Made by a program: the position numbers and the translations under genes | Shown here: one piece after another, positions 9,220-19,064 of the stretch | How positions within the stretch are numbered: the first letter of the stretch is position 1 | Layout: each line of letters begins with the position of its first letter | Assembly: GCA_018715645.1 (NCBI GenBank) | Contig: DVLE01000082.1 | Coordinates: 38,391 to 102,390 of the forward strand | DNA length: 64,000 nucleotides | Source: Candidatus Merdisoma merdipullorum | GTDB lineage: Bacteria > Bacillota > Clostridia > Lachnospirales > Lachnospiraceae | Direction of reading: 5' to 3' | The notes under the pieces: generated by a model | What the model saw: the letters and a program-made list of their open reading frames with translations, nothing else | Database searches by the model: none | What the model was told of the DNA's origin: nothing

Positions 9220-10512
9220 ATGGGTAATGTTCCGGTAATCAAGGCCGCTCTTTTGGGAGCGGGTACCGTAGGCGGAGGCGTATGTCAGATCCTGGAATGG
9301 CAGAAGGATGAGATGCCGAAAAAGCTGGGCGCTTCGGTGGAGCTTAAAAAGATTTTGGTGCGCGATACGAAGAAGGAAAGGGAGGGGATAGACAGTTCCC
9401 TTCTGACAGACAGTTGGCAGGAGATTCTTGAGGATCCTGAGATTCAGATCGTGATAGAAGTCATGGGAGGCATCGAGCCTGCCCGTACCTGTATTCTGGA
9501 AGCTCTGCGTGCAGGAAAGAACGTGGTGACGGCCAACAAGGACCTCCTTGCGGAATATGGCAGGGAGCTTCTAGACACAGCCGAGGATCAGGGAGTGGAT
9601 CTGATGTTTGAGGCCGCTGTGGCCGGAGGAATCCCGATTATCCGGCCTTTGAAGCAGTGTCTGGCTGCCAATCATATTTCTGAGGTCATGGGAATCGTCA
9701 ATGGAACCACCAATTATATTCTGACCCGGATGACGGCGGATCACATGGAATTTTCGGAGGCTCTCGCGCTGGCCACTGAACTTGGTTATGCGGAGGCCGA
9801 TCCCACGGCGGATATTGAAGGCCACGACGCAGCCCGGAAGGTGGCGATTCTGGCTTCCATCGCTTTCAATTCCAGAGTGACCTTCCAGGATGTTTATACA
9901 GAGGGAATTACAAAGATCACGGCGGCCGACATCCGCTACGCGGCGGAACTGAATATGGTAATTAAGCTTCTGGGCGTCGCGAGAAATACGGAGGAAGGGA
10001 TCGAGGTAGGCGTCTATCCGATGCTGATTCCCTCCGATCATCCTCTTGCGACGGTAAACGACGCGTTTAACGCGGTCTTTGTACACGGAGACGCGGTGGA
10101 CGACGCCATGTTCCTTGGCAGAGGAGCCGGAAAGCTTCCGACGGGGAGCGCCGTAGCGGGCGATATTTTTGAGATAGTGAGAGATATTCAGGCAGGCTGT
10201 ACAGGGCGCATCAATTGCACCTGCTACAAAAATCTTCCGGTGAAACCAAAAGAGGAGATGCAGAGCCGTTATTTTCTGCGGCTTCATGCGGAGGATCGCC
10301 CCGGCGTTCTGGCGGGAATCGCATCTGTCTTTGGAAATAACAATGTGAGCATTGCTCAGGTGATTCAGAAAAGCGCCGCGGAGGGCACGGCGGAGATGGT
10401 GATTATCACGGATCGCGTGGTGGAGCGTCATTTTCGTGACGCTTTGCTGATTATAAAGGAAATGTCAATCGTAAAGGAGATTCCTTCCGTGCTGCGTGTA
10501 TACGGAAAGTAA
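9220..10512 (+). CDS. hom: Homoserine dehydrogenase (with ACT domain)
   Basis: GAGTVGGG, VVTANK, FEAAVAGGIPII, GIVNGTTNYIL, GYAEADPTADIEGHDAARK, C-terminal DRPGVL ACT. Confidence 0.96.
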   Translation: MGNVPVIKAALLGAGTVGGGVCQILEWQKDEMPKKLGASVELKKILVRDTKKEREGIDSSLLTDSWQEILEDPEIQIVIEVMGGIEPARTCILEALRAGKNVVTANKDLLAEYGRELLDTAEDQGVDLMFEAAVAGGIPIIRPLKQCLAANHISEVMGIVNGTTNYILTRMTADHMEFSEALALATELGYAEADPTADIEGHDAARKVAILASIAFNSRVTFQDVYTEGITKITAADIRYAAELNMVIKLLGVARNTEEGIEVGVYPMLIPSDHPLATVNDAFNAVFVHGDAVDDAMFLGRGAGKLPTGSAVAGDIFEIVRDIQAGCTGRINCTCYKNLPVKPKEEMQSRYFLRLHAEDRPGVLAGIASVFGNNNVSIAQVIQKSAAEGTAEMVIITDRVVERHFRDALLIIKEMSIVKEIPSVLRVYGK

Positions 10513-10542
10513 AGGCCAGAGACGGCGGAAAAGGGGAGACAG

Positions 10543-11169
10543 ATGGAGGAAAAGACATTGACGCTGCTGGATCATGCCATCATATTTGCCACAAAGGCGC
10601 ATTCCGGGACCACCCGTAAGGGGACGAATGTTCCATATATTGTGCATCCTATTGAGGCGGCGGCTATTGTTTCAGCAATGACGGACGATGAGGAGATCAT
10701 TGCGGCGGCTGTGCTTCATGATGTGTTGGAGGATACGGAGGCCACAAGAGAGGATTTGCTTGTCAGGTTTGGAAGAAGAATTACAGATCTTGTGATGAAT
10801 GAAAGCGAGGATAAGAGAAGGAATCTGCCGGCTGCTCTGACCTGGAAGACACGCAAGCAGGAGACGATTACGTTTCTGGAAACCCGTGCGGATACTGATG
10901 CAAAGATGCTTGCCCTGGCGGACAAGCTGGCTAATCTGCGGGCGATTTTCCGGGATCAGTGTATTGTTGGAGATAAGGTATGGGAGAGGTTTAACGAGAA
11001 GGACAAAAATATGCATGCCTGGATGTATCGCTCCATTGCAAAGGCTTTGGAGGAGCTGAAGGAACATCCTACCTGGCAGGAATACAACCGGCTTGTGGAG
11101 GAGGTGTTCGGCAGGGCAGATGCCGCGTCTGAGGGGAAAAATGACGGGGATGCGGAAAATGAAGCTTGA
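10543..11169 (+). CDS. Stand-alone HD-domain protein, SpoT/Mesh1-like (p)ppGpp hydrolase family
   Basis: FATKAH...RKG..PYIVHP...AAVLHDVLEDT...LADKLANL; no synthetase domain. Confidence 0.8.
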   Translation: MEEKTLTLLDHAIIFATKAHSGTTRKGTNVPYIVHPIEAAAIVSAMTDDEEIIAAAVLHDVLEDTEATREDLLVRFGRRITDLVMNESEDKRRNLPAALTWKTRKQETITFLETRADTDAKMLALADKLANLRAIFRDQCIVGDKVWERFNEKDKNMHAWMYRSIAKALEELKEHPTWQEYNRLVEEVFGRADAASEGKNDGDAENEA

Positions 11170-11231
11170 CAAACACCTTGCGAAAGGATAATCTGCTATA
11201 GAGATAATACAAAAAGCAGAGGAGGAATATT

Positions 11232-12518
11232 ATGAAACCGTACCGCGAAATGAGTAAGGAAGAACTGCTGGAGCTGAAAGCGGAACTGGATGCAAAATAC
11301 CGTGAGGTCCAGGCCATGGATCTGCATCTTGATATGTCCCGCGGAAAACCGAGCGCAGAGCAGCTTGACCTTTCCATGGGAATGATGGATGTGCTGAACA
11401 GCAGTACCGATCTGAAGGATTCCGAGGGTGTGGACTGCCGTAATTATGGTGTTCTGGACGGCGTGAAGGAGGCAAAAGAGCTTCTTGGCCAGATGTCTGA
11501 GGTGTCTCCCGATAAAATTATCATTTACGGAAATTCCAGCCTGAATGTGATGTATGATACAGTAGCCAGATCGATGACGCATGGTGTGATGGGAAGCACT
11601 CCCTGGTGTAAGCTGGATAAAGTAAAATTCCTGTGTCCGGTGCCGGGATATGACCGCCATTTTGCGATCACCGAGTATTTTGGAATTGAGATGATCAATG
11701 TTCCGATGACGCCGACGGGTCCGGATATGGATATGGTGGAGGAGCTGGTAAGCTCGGATCCGGCCATAAAGGGGATCTGGTGTGTACCGAAATACTCCAA
11801 TCCTCAGGGCATTACTTATTCCGATGAGACGGTGCGGCGTTTTGCGCGGCTGAAGCCTGCGGCTCCTGATTTCCGGATTTACTGGGACAATGCATACTGC
11901 GTGCATCACCTCTACGACGACGATCAGGATTTCCTGATTGAGATTCTTGGAGAATGTGAGAAGGCTGGAAATCCGGATATAGTATATAAATTCTGCTCCA
12001 CCTCCAAAATCAGCTTTCCGGGTTCGGGAGTGGCCTGCATCGCCGCTTCCCCGAATAATCTGAAGGACATCCGGAAGCAGCTTACGATTCAGACCATCGG
12101 ACATGACAAGGTAAATCAGCTCCGTCACGTACGGTTTTTCAAGGATCTGGACGGCATTCACGCGCATATGCGCAAGCATGCGGCGATTATGCGTCCCAAG
12201 TTTGAGGCGGTCCTGGATACGCTGGACAAGGAACTTGGAGGATTGGAGATCGGAAGCTGGATTCGTCCCAAGGGCGGCTATTTCATCTCCTTTGACTCAA
12301 TGGAAGGCTGCGCGAAGGCGATTGTGGCGAAGTGCAAAGCGGCGGGAGTGGTCCTGACCGGAGCCGGAGCCACCTACCCCTATGGAAAGGATCCGAAGGA
12401 CAGCAATATCCGTATCGCTCCCTCTTATCCTACGACAGAGGAGCTGGCTAAGGCTACAGACCTGTTCGTTCTCTGCGTAAAGCTGGCAAGTGTGGAGAAG
12501 CTTCTGGAAGAAAAATAG
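11232..12518 (+). CDS. PLP-dependent class I/II aminotransferase (probable aspartate aminotransferase)
   Basis: LDMSRGKP, CPVPGYDRHF, VPKYSNPQG, WDNAY, STSKISFPG (PLP Lys), NIRIAPSYP. Confidence 0.88.
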   Translation: MKPYREMSKEELLELKAELDAKYREVQAMDLHLDMSRGKPSAEQLDLSMGMMDVLNSSTDLKDSEGVDCRNYGVLDGVKEAKELLGQMSEVSPDKIIIYGNSSLNVMYDTVARSMTHGVMGSTPWCKLDKVKFLCPVPGYDRHFAITEYFGIEMINVPMTPTGPDMDMVEELVSSDPAIKGIWCVPKYSNPQGITYSDETVRRFARLKPAAPDFRIYWDNAYCVHHLYDDDQDFLIEILGECEKAGNPDIVYKFCSTSKISFPGSGVACIAASPNNLKDIRKQLTIQTIGHDKVNQLRHVRFFKDLDGIHAHMRKHAAIMRPKFEAVLDTLDKELGGLEIGSWIRPKGGYFISFDSMEGCAKAIVAKCKAAGVVLTGAGATYPYGKDPKDSNIRIAPSYPTTEELAKATDLFVLCVKLASVEKLLEEK

Positions 12519-12647
12519 AAAAGAAAAATAGAGAAGAAAAGGGAGGACCCCAGGAACATCAGACAGAAGATGCTTCCGGGGCCCTCTCTTTATGTTGCTG
12601 CGGACTGTATGCCCTTGTCAATCAGGGGTACTCTTGACAATGAATGG

Positions 12648-13469
12648 TTAGCTGAGAATAAAATAGACGAGAACAAGAATACCAAGCACGATTCGATAGT
12701 AACCGAAGGCTTTGAAATCATTTTTCCTTATGTAACCCAGCAGAAATTTGATCGCCAGAATAGAAACTACGAAGGCTGTCAGCATACCAACGAGCAGGAT
12801 GGCGATTTCGGTTCCTGTAAAATGAAAGCCGAACTTGACAAGCTTTAAAAGACTGGCTCCGAACATGACGGGAATCGCCAGAAAAAAGCTGAACTCTGTG
12901 GCCACGTAACGGGAGGTACCCAAAAGGATGGCGCCCAGGATCGTGGCCCCGGACCGCGAGGTACCCGGTATCAGGGAAAGGACCTGAAAGACACCGATCA
13001 GAATCGCTGTGGGGTAGGTCAGTTCCTGGAAAGAATTGATAGACGGAGTACGAGTCCTGTTCCGGTTTTCAATGATGATAAAAAGCACACCATAGAGAAT
13101 CAGCATCAGAGCGACAGTCTGATAATTGTAGAACAGGGCGTCGATCTGGTTGTCAAAGGGAATACCGATAAGGGCCGCGGGCAAAACAGCCACGATTACT
13201 TTGAACCAGAGCGACCAGGTGTCTTTTTTGATCCAGCCCTTGGAGGGGGAGGTGAAGGGCCACAGCTTCCAGAAATAGAGAACTACCACGGCCAGAATAG
13301 CACCGAGCTGGATAACGACCAGAAACATTTCCATGAAATCATCGCTGACATTAAGGTGGACGAATTCATCCACGAGAATCATGTGTCCCGTACTGCTGAT
13401 AGGGAGCCATTCAGTCAGGCCTTCTACGATTCCAAGCAGCAGTACCTTTAACCATTCCAAAATATTCAT
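12648..13469 (-). CDS. uppP: Undecaprenyl-diphosphate phosphatase
   Basis: [47 protein letters not shown]; ATG at 13469 with GAGG RBS. Confidence 0.96.
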   Translation of the reverse strand: MNILEWLKVLLLGIVEGLTEWLPISSTGHMILVDEFVHLNVSDDFMEMFLVVIQLGAILAVVVLYFWKLWPFTSPSKGWIKKDTWSLWFKVIVAVLPAALIGIPFDNQIDALFYNYQTVALMLILYGVLFIIIENRNRTRTPSINSFQELTYPTAILIGVFQVLSLIPGTSRSGATILGAILLGTSRYVATEFSFFLAIPVMFGASLLKLVKFGFHFTGTEIAILLVGMLTAFVVSILAIKFLLGYIRKNDFKAFGYYRIVLGILVLVYFILS

Positions 13470-13783
13470 GCGCAAACCTCATTTCTCCGGCGGCCGTCTT
13501 TTGCATAGAAGGCGGCGAAGCCGTTATTTCAGTCAGCCTTTCGCAGAAGCCCTCCGCAGGCTCCTGCAAAGCAATGTATTTGGCTACCGGCTTATAGTAT
13601 ACCATACCAGCCGCCCTGTCAATGTCGAAAGGAGAGAGCGACTGTAAAGATGAAACGAAAATTTATGCATATTTTTTTGAGATTTATGCGTCTTGTCTCT
13701 TGTTTTTTTCAGAAATGGTGTTAAAATGGAGCAGAGTGAGATTTATTTGCAGCTCACTTATTCTGAATATGGGAGGAACAACT

Positions 13784-14662
13784 ATGAAAAAATTAGTAGC
13801 TGTATTACTGGCAGGCGTTATGTGCGCGTCACTTGCAGCCTGCGGTTCTGACGCGGCAGACGAGTCTGTGACTTCGGATGCAGAAGCAGTAGTGGAGGAG
13901 ACCACGGAGGAGACAGAGGAGGCGGCAGCAGACGAGGCGGCTGCAGCAGATACAGAAGCGGCAGGTGAAGCTTCCGGAGAGGTGACAACTGTGACGGAAG
14001 GCGTTCTGACTATGGGAACGAACGCGGCATTCCCGCCGTATGAGTATTATGACGACAGCGACAACGTAGTAGGAATCGACGCGGAGATCGCGCAGGCGAT
14101 TGCGGATAAGCTTGGTCTGACCCTTGAGATTCAGGACATGGATTTCAATTCCATTATCACTGCAATCCAGAGCGGAAAGGTTGACGTGGGCATCGCAGGA
14201 ATGACGGTAAGCGAGGACAGACTTCAGAATGTGGACTTTACGGATTCCTACGCGACAGGCGTACAGGTGATCATTGTGCCGGAGGATTCTGAGATTGAGT
14301 CCGTTGATGATCTGGAAGGCAAGCTCATCGGCGTGCAGGAGGGTACGACCGGACACATTTACTGCTCTGACGACTACGGCGAGGAGAATGTACGTGCGTA
14401 TACGAACGGAGCTACGGCGGTACAGGCCCTTTTAAGCAATCAGATCGACTGCGTTGTTATCGATCAGCAGCCGGCGCTCAGCTTCGTGGAGGCAAATGAA
14501 GGACTGAAGATTCTGGATACCGAGTATACGATCGAGGACTACGCCATTGCCGTATCCAAGGACAATCCGGCTCTGCGCGACGCTATCAACACAGCGCTCA
14601 ACGAGCTGATCGAAGACGGTACGGTTCAGTCTATCCTGGATAAGTACATCACAGCGGAATAA
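13784..14662 (+). CDS. Polar amino-acid ABC transporter substrate-binding lipoprotein
   Basis: GGAGG RBS, MKK signal with LAAC lipobox, acidic linker, GTNAAFPPYEY, GVQEGTTG. Confidence 0.92.
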   Translation: MKKLVAVLLAGVMCASLAACGSDAADESVTSDAEAVVEETTEETEEAAADEAAAADTEAAGEASGEVTTVTEGVLTMGTNAAFPPYEYYDDSDNVVGIDAEIAQAIADKLGLTLEIQDMDFNSIITAIQSGKVDVGIAGMTVSEDRLQNVDFTDSYATGVQVIIVPEDSEIESVDDLEGKLIGVQEGTTGHIYCSDDYGEENVRAYTNGATAVQALLSNQIDCVVIDQQPALSFVEANEGLKILDTEYTIEDYAIAVSKDNPALRDAINTALNELIEDGTVQSILDKYITAE

Positions 14663-14730
14663 GGCGGATGTAATGCAGCCGCAGCCGGATTTGGAGAACT
14701 CCGGCAAGCTGCGGAAACAAAAGAGCATCA

Positions 14731-14771
14731 ACAGGGGTGTTCAGGCAGCGTTTTGAACACCCCCGTTTTTA
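14731..14771 (+). terminator. Intrinsic terminator/stabilising hairpin after the binding-protein gene
   Basis: GGGGTGTTCA/TGAACACCCC stem followed by CGTTTTT. Confidence 0.65.
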
Positions 14772-14959
14772 TCATGTCAGCGTACCTTCATTCGACAAGG
14801 ATATACGGCGTGTACGCTTGTCAATTGAGATCACTGTCAGTTTACAAGAACACATACGCTCGAAGCAGGCATGTGTGTCCTTGTAAACTGAAGGTGCAAG
14901 AGACAAAAAGAAACTTTGCTCTTTGTACAGGGACGTTATTACGAAAGGAGTTATACGGC

Positions 14960-15691
14960 GTGGGAGAATTTATTGAAGAGTTAAAACTGGGCGTTTATCA
15001 GACCTTCATTCTGGACAATAACTATCAGTATTTCCTGGAAGGAATCAAAGTGACTTTGCTGGTGACCGTATTTGCCCTGATGTTAGGCCTGGTTCTGGGC
15101 GTCATTGTGGCAATCATCCGTTCCGCCCATGATCAGCAGCCGGAAAAAAAGAAAGGAATTGTTCTGCGGATTCTGAATGCGCTCTGTAAGCTGTATCTGA
15201 CCGTAATCCGCGGAACGCCGATGCTGGTGCAGCTTTTGATCATGTGGTTTGTCATCTGGGCCGGCACCCGTGCTACCGATGGAAATCTGATCCGCTGCGC
15301 GGTTCTGGCTTTTGGAATCAATTCAGGAGCTTATGTGGCGGAGATTATCCGCTCTGGAATCATGTCTATTGATAAGGGACAGATGGAAGCGGGACGTTCT
15401 CTGGGACTGAATTATGCCGCTACCATGCGCTTCGTCATCATTCCCCAGGCTTTCAAGAATGTGCTGCCGGCCCTTGGAAACGAGCTGATTACGCTTTTGA
15501 AGGAGACCTCCGTTGTAACGGTGATCGGTCTTCGGGATCTGACCAAGGGAGCAATGATTATTCAGTCCAAAACCTATCAGGCTTTTGTTCCGTATATCGC
15601 GATTGCGCTGATTTACCTGATCATGGTGATTGTATTGTCCTGGATTCTGGGCAAGCTGGAGAGGAGGCTGAGACAGAGTGATTTACGTTAA
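14960..15691 (+). CDS. Polar amino-acid ABC transporter permease
   Basis: [35 protein letters not shown] (EAA loop); GTG start after AAGGAG. Confidence 0.93.
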   Translation: MGEFIEELKLGVYQTFILDNNYQYFLEGIKVTLLVTVFALMLGLVLGVIVAIIRSAHDQQPEKKKGIVLRILNALCKLYLTVIRGTPMLVQLLIMWFVIWAGTRATDGNLIRCAVLAFGINSGAYVAEIIRSGIMSIDKGQMEAGRSLGLNYAATMRFVIIPQAFKNVLPALGNELITLLKETSVVTVIGLRDLTKGAMIIQSKTYQAFVPYIAIALIYLIMVIVLSWILGKLERRLRQSDLR

Positions 15692-16400
15692 GGATTTAAG
15701 AAAATCATTTGGCGATATGGAGGTAATCTCCGGCATCGATATGCATATCAGTCCGGGAGAAAAGGTGGTGATCGTGGGGCCGTCCGGTTCCGGAAAGTCA
15801 ACCTTTCTTCGCTGCCTGAATCTTCTGGAACAGCCTACCGGAGGTTCTATCGTCTTTGACGGTCAGGAAATCACAGCTCCGGGCGTGGATGTGAACCTGG
15901 TCAGAAGGCGTATGGGAATGGTGTTCCAGCATTTCAACCTGTTCGCCAACCTGACTGTGAAGAAAAACATTATGCTGGCTCCCGTTCAGCTTAAGCTTAA
16001 GACGAAGGAAGAAGCAGAGGCAGAGGCCATGCGTCTTTTGAAGCTTGTAAACCTGGAGGATAAGGCGGACTCCTATCCTTCGCAGCTTTCCGGCGGCCAG
16101 AAACAGAGAATCGCGATTGTGCGTTCTCTTGCGATGAATCCGGAGGTTATGCTGTTTGACGAGCCTACGTCGGCGCTGGATCCTGAGATGGTAGGAGAGG
16201 TGCTGGAGCTGATGAAAAGGCTTGCGGACGACGGCATGACCATGGTGGTCGTCACCCACGAAATGGGTTTTGCCAGAGAGGTGGGAACCCGTGTGGTATT
16301 TATGGACGAGGGCGTAGTCAGAGAAGAGAACTCTCCAAAGGAATTTTTTGACAACCCGAAGGATCCGAGACTTCAGGACTTTTTATCAAAGGTGTTGTAA
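15678..16400 (+). CDS. Polar amino-acid ABC transporter ATP-binding protein (GlnQ-like)
   Basis: [36 protein letters not shown]. Confidence 0.95.
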   Translation: MIYVKDLRKSFGDMEVISGIDMHISPGEKVVIVGPSGSGKSTFLRCLNLLEQPTGGSIVFDGQEITAPGVDVNLVRRRMGMVFQHFNLFANLTVKKNIMLAPVQLKLKTKEEAEAEAMRLLKLVNLEDKADSYPSQLSGGQKQRIAIVRSLAMNPEVMLFDEPTSALDPEMVGEVLELMKRLADDGMTMVVVTHEMGFAREVGTRVVFMDEGVVREENSPKEFFDNPKDPRLQDFLSKVL

Positions 16401-16411
16401 TTTTTAGTCAG

Positions 16412-16447
16412 AATCGGGAATCTGTGTGGACAGATTCCCGATTTTTT
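16412..16447 (+). terminator. Intrinsic terminator
   Basis: AATCGGGAATCTGT/ACAGATTCCCGATT stem plus T-run. Confidence 0.8.
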
Positions 16448-16480
16448 ATTATACTGAAACAGAAGGGAGGTTTTGCGAAA

Positions 16481-17644
16481 ATGAAAGAAGAAGTACTGCA
16501 GAAGTTTCAGGAACTTTTCGGCGGAGAGGGAGACATCCGCACTTATTTTGCTCCGGGCCGCGTGAATCTGATAGGCGAGCATACGGATTACAATGGAGGC
16601 CATGTATTTCCCTGCGCGCTGACCATGGGAACCTACGCGGCGGCCAGAAAGCGTGATGACAGAGTGCTGCGTTTTTACTCGATGAATTTTCCGGAGGAGG
16701 GTGTGATCGAGTCAAGCCTTGACGATCTGGTATGCCGTCCGGAGGCTGGCTGGACCAATTATCCCAAGGGAGTGTTCTGGGCGTTTGGAGAGAAAGGATA
16801 TACCGTTTCTTCCGGTATGGATATTGCGATTTACGGAGATATTCCCAATGGTTCAGGGCTTTCTTCATCAGCTTCCCTGGAGGTGCTGATCGGCGTCATG
16901 CTGCGCGATATGTTTGGTTTTGAGGTAAGCCAGATTGAGATTGCGCTGATCGGTCAGTTTTCTGAGAACAACTTCAACGGCATGAACTGCGGCATCATGG
17001 ACCAGTTCGCGAGCGCCATGGGAAAGAAGGACTGTGCGATTTTCCTGAACACGGCGGATCTGTCCTATGAATATGCTTCCGTAAAACTTGAGAATGCAAA
17101 GATTGTGATTACGAACAGCAACGTGAAGCACAGTCTGGTGGGTTCTGAATACAATGTGCGCCGCAGCCAGTGCGAGTCTGCGTTAAAGCAGCTTCAGAAG
17201 GTTGTGGACATAAAGACTCTTGGGGATTTGGATATTGAACAGTTCGAGGCTCATAAGTCTGCTATCGCGGATCCGGTGGAGCAGAAAAGAGCAAAGCATG
17301 CGGTCTATGAGAATCAGAGAACTCTTGAGGCGGTAAAGGCTCTGAAGGAGAATGACATCGCGGCCTTTGGAAAACTGATGAACGAGTCTCATGTGTCCCT
17401 GCGGGATGACTATGAGGTATCCTGCCCGGAGATGGATATTCTGGCGGAGGAAGCCTGGAAGCTCCCCGGAGTGCTGGGTTCCCGTATGACAGGAGGCGGC
17501 TTCGGCGGCTGTACGGTCAGCATCGTAGAGAATGACGCAGTGGATGGATTTATGGAAAAGGTAGGCGCCGCTTATGAAAAGCGGACGGGAATCAAACCGG
17601 CCTTTTATGTAGTGGATATTGGACAGGGAGCGGGTGTTATCTAA
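16481..17644 (+). CDS. galK: Galactokinase
   Basis: APGRVNLIGEHTDYN, PNGSGLSSSAS, CGIMDQF, GSRMTGGGFGG; ATG 16481 after GGGAGG. Confidence 0.96.
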   Translation: MKEEVLQKFQELFGGEGDIRTYFAPGRVNLIGEHTDYNGGHVFPCALTMGTYAAARKRDDRVLRFYSMNFPEEGVIESSLDDLVCRPEAGWTNYPKGVFWAFGEKGYTVSSGMDIAIYGDIPNGSGLSSSASLEVLIGVMLRDMFGFEVSQIEIALIGQFSENNFNGMNCGIMDQFASAMGKKDCAIFLNTADLSYEYASVKLENAKIVITNSNVKHSLVGSEYNVRRSQCESALKQLQKVVDIKTLGDLDIEQFEAHKSAIADPVEQKRAKHAVYENQRTLEAVKALKENDIAAFGKLMNESHVSLRDDYEVSCPEMDILAEEAWKLPGVLGSRMTGGGFGGCTVSIVENDAVDGFMEKVGAAYEKRTGIKPAFYVVDIGQGAGVI

Positions 17645-17825
17645 GATTTTTGATTTCTTTCGGCTTTCGTAAGAATTTCTTAATCTACTTTATACATTTT
17701 TTAGAGAGAGTACATACATTCGTCACAATTCCTTGCTATATTAAGAATGTAGCAAGAACACATATCAGTATTTCATTCATAACACTCGGGGCTTCCGGGA
17801 GGAAGCCCCACTCCCTCGAATTTAC

Positions 17826-17851
17826 GGACCTGGATAGCAGGTCCTTTTTTA
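17826..17851. terminator. Terminator between galK region and LysR gene
   Basis: GGACCTG/CAGGTCC stem followed by T6 on the + strand. Confidence 0.65.
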
Positions 17852-17864
17852 TTACGCAGGAAAC

Positions 17865-18740
17865 TCAATTCGGGGTATCGATGTGGAAGTATTCCCGGCA
17901 GAAATCCAAAAACAGTTCGCAGGCATGGGACATATGCCGTTTGGTGTCGTAGGTCAGGCTGATGGTGCGTTCCAGCTTGGGAAAGGTCAGAGGGATACAG
18001 ACAATGTCTTCCGGCAGCAGGGAGCCAAGGGTGGTTTCAGGGATCAGAGACGCCCCCACTCCGTTCTTCATCAGAGCCTCATAGGTGGTGCCGTTGTCGC
18101 ACTCTGCGATGATATTGGGACGAAAGCCTGCTTTAAGACAGTACAGTTCAAGATCTTCCCGCCGGTTGGAGGCGACAAAGGGATAAGATGCGGCTTCCTT
18201 CAGATGTATGGAGCTTCGTCCGGCCAGCGGATGATCCTTGTGGACTGCCAGGACAAAGCGCTCATGGAGCAGAGGAATGACACAGTTTCCAGCCAGAGGC
18301 GTATAGGCGTCGTTTGAGGTGATACAGAAATCGCAGTCATACATGAACAGGTGCTGGTATTGGATATAATTGCTTAGCTGCAGACGGATATAGGGATAGC
18401 GTTTATGGAAGGCGATGTATAGCTGAGGAAGATAGGTGGAAGCCGCCAGGACCAGCAGGCGGACATTGCCGAAGGGTTCGTTGGAGAGCTCCTTAAGTTC
18501 CGCAATGGTATCGTCGATCATCTGGATGCTCTGATCGATTTTCTGGTAAAAGATTTCGCCGGCTCTGTTCAGATAAATAGAGCGGTTGCGCCGGTCGAAA
18601 AGAGGGATGCCGATCTCCTTCTCCAGAGCGCTGATGGTCTTGCTGAGCGCGGGCTGAGAGATCATCAGTTCGGCGGCGGCCTTGGTAATGTTTTCATGTT
18701 TGGCTGCTACGCAGAAATATCGAAGCTGCAGTAAATCCAT
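17865..18740 (-). CDS. LysR family transcriptional regulator
   Basis: MDLLQLRYF...NITKAAAELMISQPALSKTISALEKEIGIPLFDR; ATG 18740 with AAGGAGG RBS. Confidence 0.95.
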   Translation of the reverse strand: MDLLQLRYFCVAAKHENITKAAAELMISQPALSKTISALEKEIGIPLFDRRNRSIYLNRAGEIFYQKIDQSIQMIDDTIAELKELSNEPFGNVRLLVLAASTYLPQLYIAFHKRYPYIRLQLSNYIQYQHLFMYDCDFCITSNDAYTPLAGNCVIPLLHERFVLAVHKDHPLAGRSSIHLKEAASYPFVASNRREDLELYCLKAGFRPNIIAECDNGTTYEALMKNGVGASLIPETTLGSLLPEDIVCIPLTFPKLERTISLTYDTKRHMSHACELFLDFCREYFHIDTPN

Positions 18741-18845
18741 AGGGCTTTCCTCCTTAAAAGCGCAGATTTCTTTCTGGGATTCGTGCCGCTGGCTTATTGT
18801 ATGAAAGAAAAAAACCAGAAAGAAAATCATAGCATTACAATTTGG

Positions 18846-18901
18846 TTATGAAAAATATAAATAATCATATATTGGACTTCATTATAAAAATAGTATATAC
18901 T
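18846..18901 (+). promoter_or_regulatory. LysR box and promoter of the cupin-dpp operon
   Basis: TTAT-N7-ATAA dyad (T-N11-A) at 18846-18860; TGGACT-17 bp-TATACT (18873-18901). Confidence 0.55.
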
Positions 18902-19064
18902 ATTCAACATAAATTGAAAAGCGGATTTGCAGTAACAATTCAGAATATTTGAGGCGTTGCAATTCGGGGAGAGACACGAGGACGTGGATCATCTTCCCTT
19001 TTTTATAATCTGCTGAGTTTAACACGGTAAAGTGTTGAAAAAAAACCAAGAAAGAGGAGAGCAT

